A stretch of 63,997 bases of DNA, counting the filler, from Malassezia furfur (lineage: Eukaryota): assembly GCA_052055015.1 (NCBI GenBank). It is 3 parts of 3 records of this genome, joined end to end, with 100 filler letters (N's around TTAATTAATTAA, not from the genome) between each part and the next. Parts side by side here need not be neighbours in the genome. Positions count along the whole stretch, not along the records: positions 49,584 to 63,997 come from JBQJIT010000288.1; 2 more parts are not named here. One strand, 5' to 3'. The notes under the pieces were generated by a model. The model did not search any database. It had not been told where the DNA came from and saw only the letters and a list, made by a program, of their open reading frames with translations. Positions within the stretch are counted from its first letter, which is position 1. Every line of letters starts with the position of its first letter. This document shows, piece by piece, positions 53,177 through 63,847 of this stretch. Position numbers and translations under genes: made by a program.

Positions 53177-55371
53177 CTAAGCTTCGGAGCTTTCCGAGTC
53201 GTCCGTATCGTCGTGGCCGTACACCACAATCGCCTGCGAGCGCGGAACCGGGGCGGCCCCCGCGCCCGATCCCGGAGCGGCTGGCCGATTTGAGCGTGCA
53301 GCCGCGTCACCCGACGGCTGGAGCGAGCTAGCCAGGCGGTGGTTGACCGCGGCCAGATGGCGCCGACTTAGTGGTGGCGCTTTGGGCGGTCCGCCGGAGC
53401 CAAAACGACTGGGTGTATGCACTTCGTCCGGCGTTGACCCATCGTGGACCGGGTTGGTAGACGAGGATAGGCTGGTCATCGGTTGTACGCTCGAGAACAC
53501 CTCACGCCGCATCGCAGCGGCCACCGAGGGCACGTTGCCACTCGGTTCCGAAAGCGTCCGGTCAATGGTGTTGGTGCGCGAAACAGGTGCTGTAGACCGG
53601 TCGTCGATGTCGTACTCTTCCTCGGACTCAGAGTTGGGGTCTGAGTCGTCGGACGACCGCGAGTCGGGTGACTTGGGCGGCTCCGACTTATGTCGCTCAG
53701 GCAGTGCCGGTACAGCCGACTGGCTCTGAGTGGCACTACGCTGCTCCGCGCCTCCCGACGCGGGCTTGCCGCTGCTGTCGGTGCCGGGGACATGCTCCTC
53801 GACCATCACAAAGCTCTTTTGTTTTTGGCGCTGGTTCCAGTTCAGTGTGCGTGAAACCGAGTCAAACCACGGGTAGGGCTGGTCTTCGGGGCATACAGCA
53901 GGGAAGGGGTATGGTGATGCCGTTACTTTGATGTGGTCGCCTCGCTTGATCTCAATACGTCCACGTCCGTCGAAACTCGCCCAGGCGTTGCTCCGCGAAT
54001 GGTACGGCACGGCAATACGCAGCTCCATGCTGTCTGGCAGCAGCATAGGCCGGAATGAGAGCGTGTGTGGGCAGATGGGGGTCATGAGGATGGCGGGGAT
54101 GTCGGGGTACACCAGCGAGCCACCTGCCGAGAGCGAGTAGGCCGTTGAGCCGGTGGGCGTCGAAACACAAAGACCGTCGGCCTGGGCGGTGGTCAGGTGG
54201 TTGTTGTCGGCAAACACCTCGAGCATGCTCACGAACGGACTGGGGCCGCGGTCCACGACGAGGTCGTTGAGGATCTCAAAGGACTCGACGGGGCGCGTGC
54301 CGAAGCACCGGACCGGCTTGTCCTTCTGCGGCTTGTTCGAGGAGTGCTCGCTAGGTGTATCACGAGCGGTGGGCCCGACCTCAATGGCGTTCCAACCGTC
54401 CTCCTGGATGTTGCGCATAATGATCTCGCCTGTATCCGACGACTTGATGGCCTTGCGCATATAGCGGCTCGCACCGGGATCCGTGGGAGAGATGGCACGC
54501 TGCATCAGAGAGGAAACGTACATAGACTGTTGCACGGAAACGCATGCGCATACTCAACCGCATGCCTTTCTTGAGCACGCTCGTGAGCGACGACTTGTAG
54601 TCATCAAAGTTGAACGGCGTAAGAAAACCAAGCGACCCCAGCGAGAAGGGAATCACCGGCGGCACGCTGTTCTGGAAGAGCCACGAGCAGAACAATACGG
54701 TCCCGTCACCTCCGAGCTGGGTAAGCATGCTTACGTACCGTGATCACGAAATCAAACAGGTGCGGCGACGAGGAGCACAGCTCCGCCGTCCAGAAACGCA
54801 ACTGGCCCTCATCCGAAGGCCGCGTATGGTGGCTGGGCTGGTGAGGCGACTGCGACCGCGACTGCGACCGCACATGTCCATGCTGGTGCGGATGGATCGG
54901 TTCAAACACCTCGGGATGTTCTTCGCGGATCTTGTCGACGTTGAAGCGCTTCGAGTATCGCAGCTGAGAATCAACGTACACTGTGATCCCGCGCCCCTTG
55001 TCATTGGTGCGTGTGGTCATCAGCCAGATAGCCATCTCGCGCGTCAGCTCGACAAGACGGTTATCGCGCGCTTTGGTGATGATCAACACAGTCTCCACGT
55101 CCGAGTGCACACGCGCACGAACAAGCTGCTTGCTCATCTCACGCACGCCCACAGCCGTCTCGGCGAGCTGGCTGGTGATGCTACGCATGCGCCCGTCGAG
55201 CTCTTCGTCGGCCTCCGGCGACGGCGTCGTCGGGAGCACCGACGGAGAGTATTGCATGGCCTCGGGCTTGTTAACACTCATAGATTGCTGGCTCCTGGCA
55301 AACACGCCGTTAAGCGACGGCGGTTGCTCAGGTGTATACTCGGCTTGCTCGTCCGGCCGGGTGCTAGCCAT
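53177..55371 (-). CDS. UTR1: NAD kinase (Utr1/Yef1-like), 3 exons
   Basis: Two 22-nt introns (54717-54738, 54500-54521) restore VITLGGDGT; also LGSLGFL, LND, ADGLCVSTPTGSTAYSLSAGG, TPICPHTLSFRP. Confidence 0.9.
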
Positions 55372-55476
55372 CTCGGCGGCCTCGCGGGTAGCGGCGGTGG
55401 AGGGGCGGGCGGACGGACGGTGAAGTGGGGCGAGAGGAATTAAGTCGTGCACGAGACACCGTGTCCCCTTGTGACG

Positions 55477-57318
55477 ATGTCGATGGCGGTCCGCGCGTCC
55501 GCCTTGGTGCGTACGCCGGTGCTTGCCGCGTATGGGTTGGCGAGCACGGCGGCGCTCGGTACCGTGCTGCTTAAGGCGGGTCTTGAGCAGCCCGACTATC
55601 TGGCTGCTGCCGCATGGCTCACCAACAGCAACGGATGCTTCCTGGTGTTGTGCAACTTTGCCGGCTATGTGCTCCTCCTATCTGGTCGGATCATGCAGTT
55701 GATCCTGTTCGGCACGTTGCGCCGTAGCGAGGAGGAAAAGTTTGTCGAGCTGCTATGGTACTCGATGTTCAACATGTTCTTCACGCTGACCTCGTTTCCG
55801 ATCGACTTCGACCTGCGCTTCGTGCTGACCGCGTCCGTGCTCAAGTTTTTCCATATCTTCCACCTCCTGTGCGACGTACGCATCGACCAGATGGGACAGG
55901 TGCCCGTGTTACCTCGCATCTTCCACCTTCGTATGGTCGCGCTCTTGTCGTGGCTTGGCACATTTGATTCGGTGCTGGTGCTGCTGACCGTGGCCATCAG
56001 CCTGCAGCACCCGGGACCGGGCGGCTTTATGGTATACATGGCCTCTGCCTCAATTATTCAGCTGGTCGAGTGGGCGGCACTTAGTGGCGCATACGCGTGC
56101 GAATGCTATGAGCTTCGCCTGGAAGAGCCATGGCATGCCAAGAGCCGTTATCTCTTTGTTATCAAGCTCGTGTCCAACTTGCTCATGTTTCTCACCTACC
56201 CGGTGTGCTACGGGCTGTACATCTACAACAATGCTAACGTGGTAACCTTCTTCCCGCCGTTTAGCGCGCTGCGCGACTTCTTGGTGCTGGGCTACAATCT
56301 GTTCGACAACATGCGCAAGCTGCTGCGCTCGCGCGCCGCGACGCGAGACATGGAGAGCCGATACCCAAGCCTCACCGACGAGGAGCTGCAAGCGCTCCAG
56401 GATCGCACGTGCATCATCTGCCGCGAGGAACTCGTTGTGTCGCCCAACGGGCGCTCCGACAACAACACGCCCAGAAAACTCACCTGTGGCCACGTCTTCC
56501 ACTTCCGGTGCCTACACTCCTGGCTCGAACGACAGCAGAGCTGCCCCACGTGCCGCAGGAGCGTACTGGAGCCTGCAGCCACGCCGGCCACTACGACCGA
56601 GGCTCGTGTTGCGCCGCAGCACGGCCCTGAGCGCGACACGCCCGCGGATCAGCAGCCTGCCCGGCCACAAGCGTCTTTGCACGCTCTCCTGGCGCGTTTT
56701 GGGACAGCCGTGCCGACCGCCAGCACCGACGCAGGTACTGCAGACGGTGCCGCCTCCGGCCAGCCGCGCTCGCCGAGCGAAGCAGCGCGCGCGCTGCTCG
56801 ACAACCCCCGCTTGAATCCCCGGCTCGTGGGCGAACTGGGCACGACCAGCACGAATGATGAGCGCGTGCAGCGCAGCTCCTCGCCGACGGCGGCGCACGA
56901 GGCACAGCCAACTGATCAGGACAAGACGCTTGTCGACGATCCGCGGGAAGCGGTCCGCCGCGCCACACTGGCACGCTTTGCACCGGCCGCTGCCGCGTCC
57001 GTCGAGGCGCCGCCAGTCAAGGCCAGTCTCGATTTCGCCGCCCCTCACACGCAGGCACAGACGGACACACCACTGGCGTCTGTGCCCGCATTTGACCCGG
57101 CGGATTTGCCCCCTGCTCCGCCGATGCCGGTGTCTGGGTCCGCACCGCGTCTGGGTGCAGCCTATGGCGCCGATCCACCCGCTATTGATACCCAACTGCG
57201 TGAACAACTGCGTCTTTTGCAAGAGAGCCAAATCACTCTGCAGCAGACCATTGCGCGGATTCAGCAGGCTCTGCGCGTCACCGAAGAGAAGGGCAAGGCG
57301 CGAGCGACGACAGAATAG
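55477..57318 (+). CDS. HRD1: ERAD RING-H2 E3 ubiquitin ligase Hrd1-like
   Basis: Multi-TM N-terminal half; CIICREE...PRKLTCGHVFHFRCLHSWLERQQSCPTCR. Confidence 0.85.
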   Translation: MSMAVRASALVRTPVLAAYGLASTAALGTVLLKAGLEQPDYLAAAAWLTNSNGCFLVLCNFAGYVLLLSGRIMQLILFGTLRRSEEEKFVELLWYSMFNMFFTLTSFPIDFDLRFVLTASVLKFFHIFHLLCDVRIDQMGQVPVLPRIFHLRMVALLSWLGTFDSVLVLLTVAISLQHPGPGGFMVYMASASIIQLVEWAALSGAYACECYELRLEEPWHAKSRYLFVIKLVSNLLMFLTYPVCYGLYIYNNANVVTFFPPFSALRDFLVLGYNLFDNMRKLLRSRAATRDMESRYPSLTDEELQALQDRTCIICREELVVSPNGRSDNNTPRKLTCGHVFHFRCLHSWLERQQSCPTCRRSVLEPAATPATTTEARVAPQHGPERDTPADQQPARPQASLHALLARFGTAVPTASTDAGTADGAASGQPRSPSEAARALLDNPRLNPRLVGELGTTSTNDERVQRSSSPTAAHEAQPTDQDKTLVDDPREAVRRATLARFAPAAAASVEAPPVKASLDFAAPHTQAQTDTPLASVPAFDPADLPPAPPMPVSGSAPRLGAAYGADPPAIDTQLREQLRLLQESQITLQQTIARIQQALRVTEEKGKARATTE

Positions 57319-57387
57319 CATATAGCATGATACAACGTATACGTTTCCCATTCCGCACGGAAATTGGTATGCTGCGGAACGACTATG

Positions 57388-58266
57388 TTACTTCTTCTTG
57401 GGCGTCTTGAGCTTGATCTGCTCATCGTTGATAAAGATGCCCTTGCCCTTGTACGGCTCGGGCTTCCGGTAGTGGCGGATTTCTTGTGCAAACTGTCCCA
57501 GCAGCTCCTTGTTCGCGCTTTTCAGAATGATGGTGGTCGGGTTTGGCGTCGTGGCCTTGATACCGTAGGGAATCGGAAGAAGCACGGGGTGAGAGTACCC
57601 CAGCCGCAGGTGGAGACGTTCGGTTGGGCCAGACGCCGCGACGAGACGCTCAGCACGATCAATCTCGGTCTGCTTCTGCTCAGCCGCATACCAGTGTCCC
57701 CGCGAGCGTTCCAATTCCACGTACAACGGATGCTTTCGCGGCATGGGGTCCTTCTCGACACTCGCACGGTATCCAACGCCGACAAGGCGCAACCGCACCT
57801 CGTGGCCCTCGGTGACTCCCTTAACCGCATTTGCGCACAGCGCGCGCGTCAGGCCCCACACGCCACGCTGCACCTTGATCGCCTCGTTCTCGATGCCGAA
57901 CGCGACCGAGCGATCCTTAGTCTCTTCATCCTCTTTCCACTTGGTTTGGATGAAGTAGTGGAGCGGCACAATCACCTCGCCATTCGGCCCGGCAAAAACC
58001 ATCGTCTTGGCCTTGCGCATCAAGCCAGACAACGGACGCGTCGGCCTCGGCTGCGGCGGAAAGTCGAGCACCGAAACTTTCACCGATGCCGGTACCTTTA
58101 CAGGTTCCGTGCGCGTGTGTGCTCCACGCACCGCCGCCATGAATACACCACCAGGTGCCTGCGGCATGAGGCGCGCATGGGACTGAAGTGTCGCCAGCAG
58201 GCTTCGCGTGCCCCCCATATGCATCGCACCGACCGTCCAGAAAGGATGTGCACAGGCCGCGGCCAT
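57388..58266 (-). CDS. MRPL6: Mitochondrial ribosomal protein uL6m
   Basis: WGLTRAL, LRLVGVGYRA, LRLGYSHP, RKPEPYKGKGI; the start could be a downstream Met. Confidence 0.9.
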   Translation of the reverse strand: MAAACAHPFWTVGAMHMGGTRSLLATLQSHARLMPQAPGGVFMAAVRGAHTRTEPVKVPASVKVSVLDFPPQPRPTRPLSGLMRKAKTMVFAGPNGEVIVPLHYFIQTKWKEDEETKDRSVAFGIENEAIKVQRGVWGLTRALCANAVKGVTEGHEVRLRLVGVGYRASVEKDPMPRKHPLYVELERSRGHWYAAEQKQTEIDRAERLVAASGPTERLHLRLGYSHPVLLPIPYGIKATTPNPTTIILKSANKELLGQFAQEIRHYRKPEPYKGKGIFINDEQIKLKTPKKK

Positions 58267-58487
58267 GTCGCGTGGCCATCCAGGCTGACTAATGCCAAAA
58301 CTATAGTACGCACGTGACTTGTAGGAAAGCGGCTTCGCGGGTGTCTGTGCCGTCGTGCTTCTCCTCTACGCTCACACCCGTGGCTGTATACCAAGGTATG
58401 TCCGCGCAAGTCTTGCTGCTGCAACGCCATTCACGATGCGCGGATGTAGTCGCAGGATCGTGTTGCATCAGATACTAACCATGACAG

Positions 58488-58869
58488 ATGGCTCAGCGGC
58501 TCACTCTGCGCACGCGTAACCCCTACAACACCAAGTCGAACCGCCGACGGGTCGTCAAGACCCCCAGCGGCAAGCTGCGCTATCTTCACCTCACGAAGCT
58601 GCCGACTGCGCCGAAGTGCGGTGACTGCCACGTCGCCCTCCCTGGTGTGAAGGCCATGCGCCCTCGCGCCTACGTGACGCTCTCGAAGCGCGAGAAGACC
58701 GTGCAGCGCGCGTACGGTGGCAGCCGCTGCGCCAACTGCGTTCGCACTCGGTACGTATTAATATTCGTGTGCGGTGATGCTCATACCCAGTGTGATCCGC
58801 TCCTTCCTGGTTGAGGAGTCCAAGATTGTGAAGAACGTCATCAAGGCCCAGCAGGCGAAGCAGCACTAA
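58488..58869 (+). CDS. RPL34: 60S ribosomal protein eL34
   Basis: MAQRLTLRTRNPYNTKSNRRRVVKTPSG...RAYGGSRCANCVRTR|VIRSFLVEE; intron 58751-58790 plus a 5'-UTR intron 58396-58487. Confidence 0.96.
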
Positions 58870-59535
58870 GTGCACTCCCATTCCTGTTCTGTGGACTTCC
58901 AAAATTGATCCTTGTATTTCGCTCCCTCTGCACACGCGAACGAGTTTGGCTCGATGCATGTAGCGCGGTGTAGAAGGAACTATGCTTGAGAGCGCGATGG
59001 CATGGCTATTGGTGTGCTATGTATGCATACTACTTTTGTGGCACGCACGAATAGATAGCTGACGACGTTGTATGCTTTGCACACGGGGCATTGCATGGAT
59101 CAGCGATCCGGACATGGATGGGATGCGCACGACGATCTTGTTGCACTTAGGCACACGCGCCTTGTGCTTCGGCGGTAGGCGGACGGATTTTCGCACGCCG
59201 CGCACTGAGCTTTGCTGCTTGGCAAAAAGGCTTGGGCAGCGCAATCCCATCTGGCCAATCATATTGTGCGGTATTTTGCTTACCTCGTGGAGTAAGGCGG
59301 CGTGAGTAATTCAGTGCCGTCAAAGGAACCAGTCAGACTGGGCTTCCCCAGAGCAACCTTGGGAGGAACACACGAGCACACCGCTCGTTGCTTTACCTTC
59401 CATCCAAAAGAGTTGCCCTCGATTGCTTTGTGCGGTCTCTTCTTTTGGCTATATCACTACGAATTGTGAATTAAAACCGACTTGAAACGATCCGTACAAG
59501 GGACCTTAACGGACAAGTGACGTATTGGGTTGGTG

Positions 59536-62500
59536 ATGTTCTACGACGGTTTAGGACAGCCGTCCTCGAGCTACGATCCTGGTGAGATGAGCCAAAATGC
59601 GCCTTTCGCGATTGCACCTTCTTCATTTGAGGCGCAGCCAAGTGGCTTCACTCGGGAAGAAGGTGCGGCGCCCACCGCCGAACCGATGCGTATGCCGTCT
59701 GCCTCGTCTGATTTCGGCCCAGACAATGAGATGGCGGAGACACGCAGCGATATTGGCGGGAGCATGTATGGTTCGGCGTATACCGAGGCCGAGGCTTCTG
59801 GCTCGAGCCGCCCTGGGAAGCGGCGGAATGACTCGATCAGCGGCGGTTCCGAACCTGCCAACGGCCGCGAGCCGTCCAAGCAAAAGTCGACGCGCGGTGC
59901 GCGTGCCTGTACCAACTGCCACCGCCTCAAGATGAAGTGTGAAGGTGCAGAGAAAGGCGGGCCGTGTCTGCGGTGCGCGCGCAGTGGCCACGAATGCATC
60001 TTTTTGGAAAGCCATCGTGGGCGCAAATCCGAAAAGCGGCGCAAGACAGCCGCGATGCAACAGGCATTCAAGAAGATGGAGAACGTGTTGTTCAGCGTGA
60101 TTCAGAACATGAACGAGAATCAGCCAAATCCGTTGCAAGGCTCGAGCGGCTCGAGCACCACGACTGCGTCGCCGATGGTGTTTGGTCCCGAGGAGCGCGT
60201 GCGTAATACGTCTTCTGGGTCGCCCGCGCAGGAGGCGCAGCGGCAGAGTGCGTCGCCGGATCCTGACTCGTTCGCCGCACGCCTACAGCGACTGGTCGCG
60301 GGCGAAGGGCTGGACACAAACCCCAAGTCGATGCGTATGCTGGCCGAGACGGCGATCAACTTCATGCAGAATGTTGGGCTGATGGACGAAGCGACGCGTG
60401 AGCGCCTGATGGACTCGAAGGACGACACGTTCCTGAAGCAGCTCCTGCAAAATGTCATGAAAAAGGGTTTCTCGCGCGTGCCGTCGTCGGCGCAGCCGAC
60501 GTCGTTCAGCGAGACCGACTCGGCGCGCACCAACTGCCTGCCTGATAACACGCTCAACCCGCTCGGTTTGTTGGCCGAGGCAAGTCTGCAGAACTGGCAG
60601 CGGCAGCGCACCACGGACAAGTCGCCGTCGGCGCGCGCCGACGCAGAGACGGACACGTCGTCGTCGGCGGGCCCGACGCCGCCCAGCACGCACACGGAGC
60701 GCGGCGGTGGTGCGCAGTCGCGCGAGGGCGGCTCGAGTACAGACAAGCAGTTTGGACTGGCAAACGAGACCTACTTTCACACGACCATGAACTCGAGCGC
60801 GTCGGCGCGGCCGACTGAATCAGAATCGGCGCATCCCCCCGAACTGCTCACCGACGGCATCATCAACTCGGAGGAGGCGCTGGAGCTGTTCCGCATCTTT
60901 TTCCATCACTGCTCGCTGCACCTGTTCCTGCTGGACCCCGAGTGGCACACGCCGACGCTGGTGTGCTCGCGCTCGCCGTTCTTGTTCACGTGTGTGTGTT
61001 CGGTGGCGTCCAAGTTTTACATGCAGCGCCCCGACCTGTATGTGCAGTGTCTGCGCAAGGCAATCAAGATGGCGTTTGAGGTGATGAGCCGCGGGAGCAA
61101 GTCGCCCGAGATCGTGCAGGGCTTCTTGTTGCTCACGCTATACAACCAGCCCACGGAGCGCTACGAGGAGGACCGCACGTGGCTGTTTGCCGGCGTGGCG
61201 ATCCGCATGGCACAGGACCTCAATCTGCACCGCAAGTGCACGCTGCCAAACAACCCGTCGGAGGACGAGGTGCGCGAGATCCTCAACCGGGAGCGGACGT
61301 GGTACATCTGCTTCTGTGTGGACCGCACGCTGAGTGCGCAGATGGGCAAGCCGTACAGCATTCGCGAGGATTGGATCATCCGGCACGCTGCGGACTGGTG
61401 CATGCAGCGCTACAGCCGGCCATGGGACCTGGGCATCTGCGCGCTGGTCGACCTGCTCCGGGTGCAGACGCGACAGCTTGACTTTTTGTACTCCTCGACG
61501 GTCACCCCCTCGGGACTGAACCTCGACATGGACTACCCCGCAATCCTCCCGTCGTTCAACGAGCAGCTGAACGAGACGATGCAGTTCTGGTACCGCCTCG
61601 GGCTCGACTCCATGACGCGGCAGTGGCGCCCGATTGTGATGAATCGCACCAACCAGGGCCAGGGCGCGGCAGAGGCGGCGCCGGACGCGGCAAACGACGC
61701 GGCACACGGCGCGCCGGGCCCGTCGGACGCCTCCGCGCGTCGAGCGCCCGACGCCGCGGGCAAGGGCCCTGCGCCACCTACAGCCGATTCGGCCATGTCG
61801 ATGTTTGAGACCATGCCGCATGAGCTCATGAACATGTCGGGCACGGGCATGGCAGAGAAGATCCGTGTTTCGACGCTGCTGGCGCTGCACGAGTCTGGCC
61901 CGCCCGGCGATGACGCTGACATGATCACGCGCTCGATCTACTACATCGCTCGCCAGGCGCCGCTGCGGTACAACTACGCGGTGCTCGTGCTCAATTCGTT
62001 CGGGCTGCAGTACGCATTGGAACGGCCGTCGGACGGGGCGTCGGTGGACAAGCCGCTGTACCTCGTGCGATGTGTGCACGCCGCCAAGGAGATCATCGCC
62101 ACGGTCAAGTACGGCATGCGCGAGATTCTGCGGTACGCGCCGGATCCCACGTTTGTCGTGGTGGCCTACGCATGTGTCTTCTTGCTGAAGCTGATCCGCC
62201 CGACGTTTGCCAACTACATCAATGAGGAGGAGGTGATTGCGTTGATCAACTATACGATCGAGGTGCTTGAAGAAGCGGCCGTCGACCGAACGCATACCCC
62301 GGCGCTTTACGCCTCCTTCCTCCGCAGTCTGGTACAGTCGCGCCACGACGCTCCCACACGCAGCGGCGGGCCCGACGCGGACCACGCCGAGGACGACACG
62401 CACGCCGATGCCGCGCACGCGGCACCCCACGGCACACACACGGCTGACAGTGGTACCGAGGCGCGGCTCGCGCGCGTGCGTGAGATTATGAACGCGCGCA

Positions 62501-63057
62501 GCACAGCGGACGGCGCGAATGGCGCCGGCGCTGGCGCTGGCGCACACGACACGCACCTCGGCCGCGCCGAGATGACCGTCAACCCGACGCAGGTAAACCC
62601 GATCGCAGCGAGTCTCGCGGCGAGCGATTTGCACCCCAAGCCGGGCTCGGACCTCGGCGAGCTGCACGCGGGTACCATGGGTCCGGGACTGCCACTGCAC
62701 ATGGACGCGTACCCCGCGCACGACCCGCATGCACCCAGCAAGCCCGCCGAGGACGCCGAGATCCCCAGCGAGGGGCTGTCCAGCATGCTCGGCTGGGACG
62801 CGATCCAGTACGCCAAGGCGCAGGGCGTCGACGTGAACCGCGTGCTGGACAACAGCTTCTGGTCGTCACTGCTTCCAACCGGCTACGGCGGTGGAGGCAC
62901 CAACACCATGGGCGGCACGCCTGCAGACCCGTCGCGCGACGCCGACTTTTTCCGCATGCCGCCGTCGTTCAGCATGAACATGCGCACCTCGTTGACGCCC
63001 GGCGCGACACGCGCGTCCTCGCCGACGTTTGGGATGTCGTCGACGTTCCCGCTGTAA
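59536..63057 (+). CDS. Zn(II)2Cys6 transcription factor (PriB-like)
   Basis: ACTNCHRLKMKC...PCLRCARSGHEC, LNPLGLLAEASL, fungal TF domain (GVAIRMAQDLNLH, RERTWYICFCVDR); start at 59536 or 59587. Confidence 0.9.
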   Translation: MFYDGLGQPSSSYDPGEMSQNAPFAIAPSSFEAQPSGFTREEGAAPTAEPMRMPSASSDFGPDNEMAETRSDIGGSMYGSAYTEAEASGSSRPGKRRNDSISGGSEPANGREPSKQKSTRGARACTNCHRLKMKCEGAEKGGPCLRCARSGHECIFLESHRGRKSEKRRKTAAMQQAFKKMENVLFSVIQNMNENQPNPLQGSSGSSTTTASPMVFGPEERVRNTSSGSPAQEAQRQSASPDPDSFAARLQRLVAGEGLDTNPKSMRMLAETAINFMQNVGLMDEATRERLMDSKDDTFLKQLLQNVMKKGFSRVPSSAQPTSFSETDSARTNCLPDNTLNPLGLLAEASLQNWQRQRTTDKSPSARADAETDTSSSAGPTPPSTHTERGGGAQSREGGSSTDKQFGLANETYFHTTMNSSASARPTESESAHPPELLTDGIINSEEALELFRIFFHHCSLHLFLLDPEWHTPTLVCSRSPFLFTCVCSVASKFYMQRPDLYVQCLRKAIKMAFEVMSRGSKSPEIVQGFLLLTLYNQPTERYEEDRTWLFAGVAIRMAQDLNLHRKCTLPNNPSEDEVREILNRERTWYICFCVDRTLSAQMGKPYSIREDWIIRHAADWCMQRYSRPWDLGICALVDLLRVQTRQLDFLYSSTVTPSGLNLDMDYPAILPSFNEQLNETMQFWYRLGLDSMTRQWRPIVMNRTNQGQGAAEAAPDAANDAAHGAPGPSDASARRAPDAAGKGPAPPTADSAMSMFETMPHELMNMSGTGMAEKIRVSTLLALHESGPPGDDADMITRSIYYIARQAPLRYNYAVLVLNSFGLQYALERPSDGASVDKPLYLVRCVHAAKEIIATVKYGMREILRYAPDPTFVVVAYACVFLLKLIRPTFANYINEEEVIALINYTIEVLEEAAVDRTHTPALYASFLRSLVQSRHDAPTRSGGPDADHAEDDTHADAAHAAPHGTHTADSGTEARLARVREIMNARSTADGANGAGAGAGAHDTHLGRAEMTVNPTQVNPIAASLAASDLHPKPGSDLGELHAGTMGPGLPLHMDAYPAHDPHAPSKPAEDAEIPSEGLSSMLGWDAIQYAKAQGVDVNRVLDNSFWSSLLPTGYGGGGTNTMGGTPADPSRDADFFRMPPSFSMNMRTSLTPGATRASSPTFGMSSTFPL

Positions 63058-63089
63058 CCGTATGTACATAGACGGTGGACCTATACACA

Positions 63090-63847
63090 TTAGATCGGCA
63101 GCACGCGCTCGAGCCACTGGCCGAGGTCGTGGATCTCTTGCGGGCACGCCGAGTGCATCATGCCCTTGTACTCGTGGAACTCGACGAGCTTGCCAAAGCC
63201 CAGCTTGTCGCGCAGCCCCTCGTAGGTCGCCTTGCCGAACGCAAAGTCGACGATCTGGTCCGCGGTGCCGTGCGCCTCAAACACGGGGAAGGGCGTCGGG
63301 TTGGTGCGCAGCTGCTCGATGCGGTTGCGCAGCGGCAGCCACGTCGAGAGCGCCGCAACGCCTGCGATCGGCACCGGCGACGTGAGGCCCGTGAGCAGCG
63401 AGATGGCGCCACCCTGCGAGAATCCTGCGACGACGATCCGGTTGCTCGGCACACCGTGCCCGTTGAGGCCCTCAGCAGAGCCGTCTACCTCCTTTTGGAC
63501 GAGGCCGCGGATCAGCTCGGTGCTCTTGAGAAGCCCGGCCTCGTCCTCGGCCTGTTCAATGTCTGTCAGCGAGTAGACTGGGGTGTGAGTGGGTGGTCCG
63601 CGCGTGCTAAGCACTTACTGTCGAACCACGAGGTCATCTTCATCCCCATGTTGATCGTCACCGGCTGCAACGGCGCCGTCGGCAGCACGAAGCGCACATG
63701 CTGCAGCGACTGCTGCTGACCGAGCATGCGTGCGACATCGATCCAGCCGCCGGCCGTATCACCGAGGCCGTGTAGAAGGAACACAGTTGCACTCGGGAAG
63801 CCGCCGCCCGCGGGCGGCACAATGATCGTCTTCAGCGCGCTGGCCAT
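63090..63847 (-). CDS. APT1: Acyl-protein thioesterase 1 / lysophospholipase
   Basis: FLLHGLGDT, PVTINMGMKMTSWFD|I with 41-nt intron 63578-63618, GFSQGGA, HGTAD, YKGMMHS. Confidence 0.92.

Noticed and set aside
58870..59535. Small ORFs or ncRNA in the longest intergenic region
   Set aside because: No coding signature or recognisable RNA motif; consistent with the RPL34 3' UTR plus the transcription factor promoter (CCAAT near 59255).
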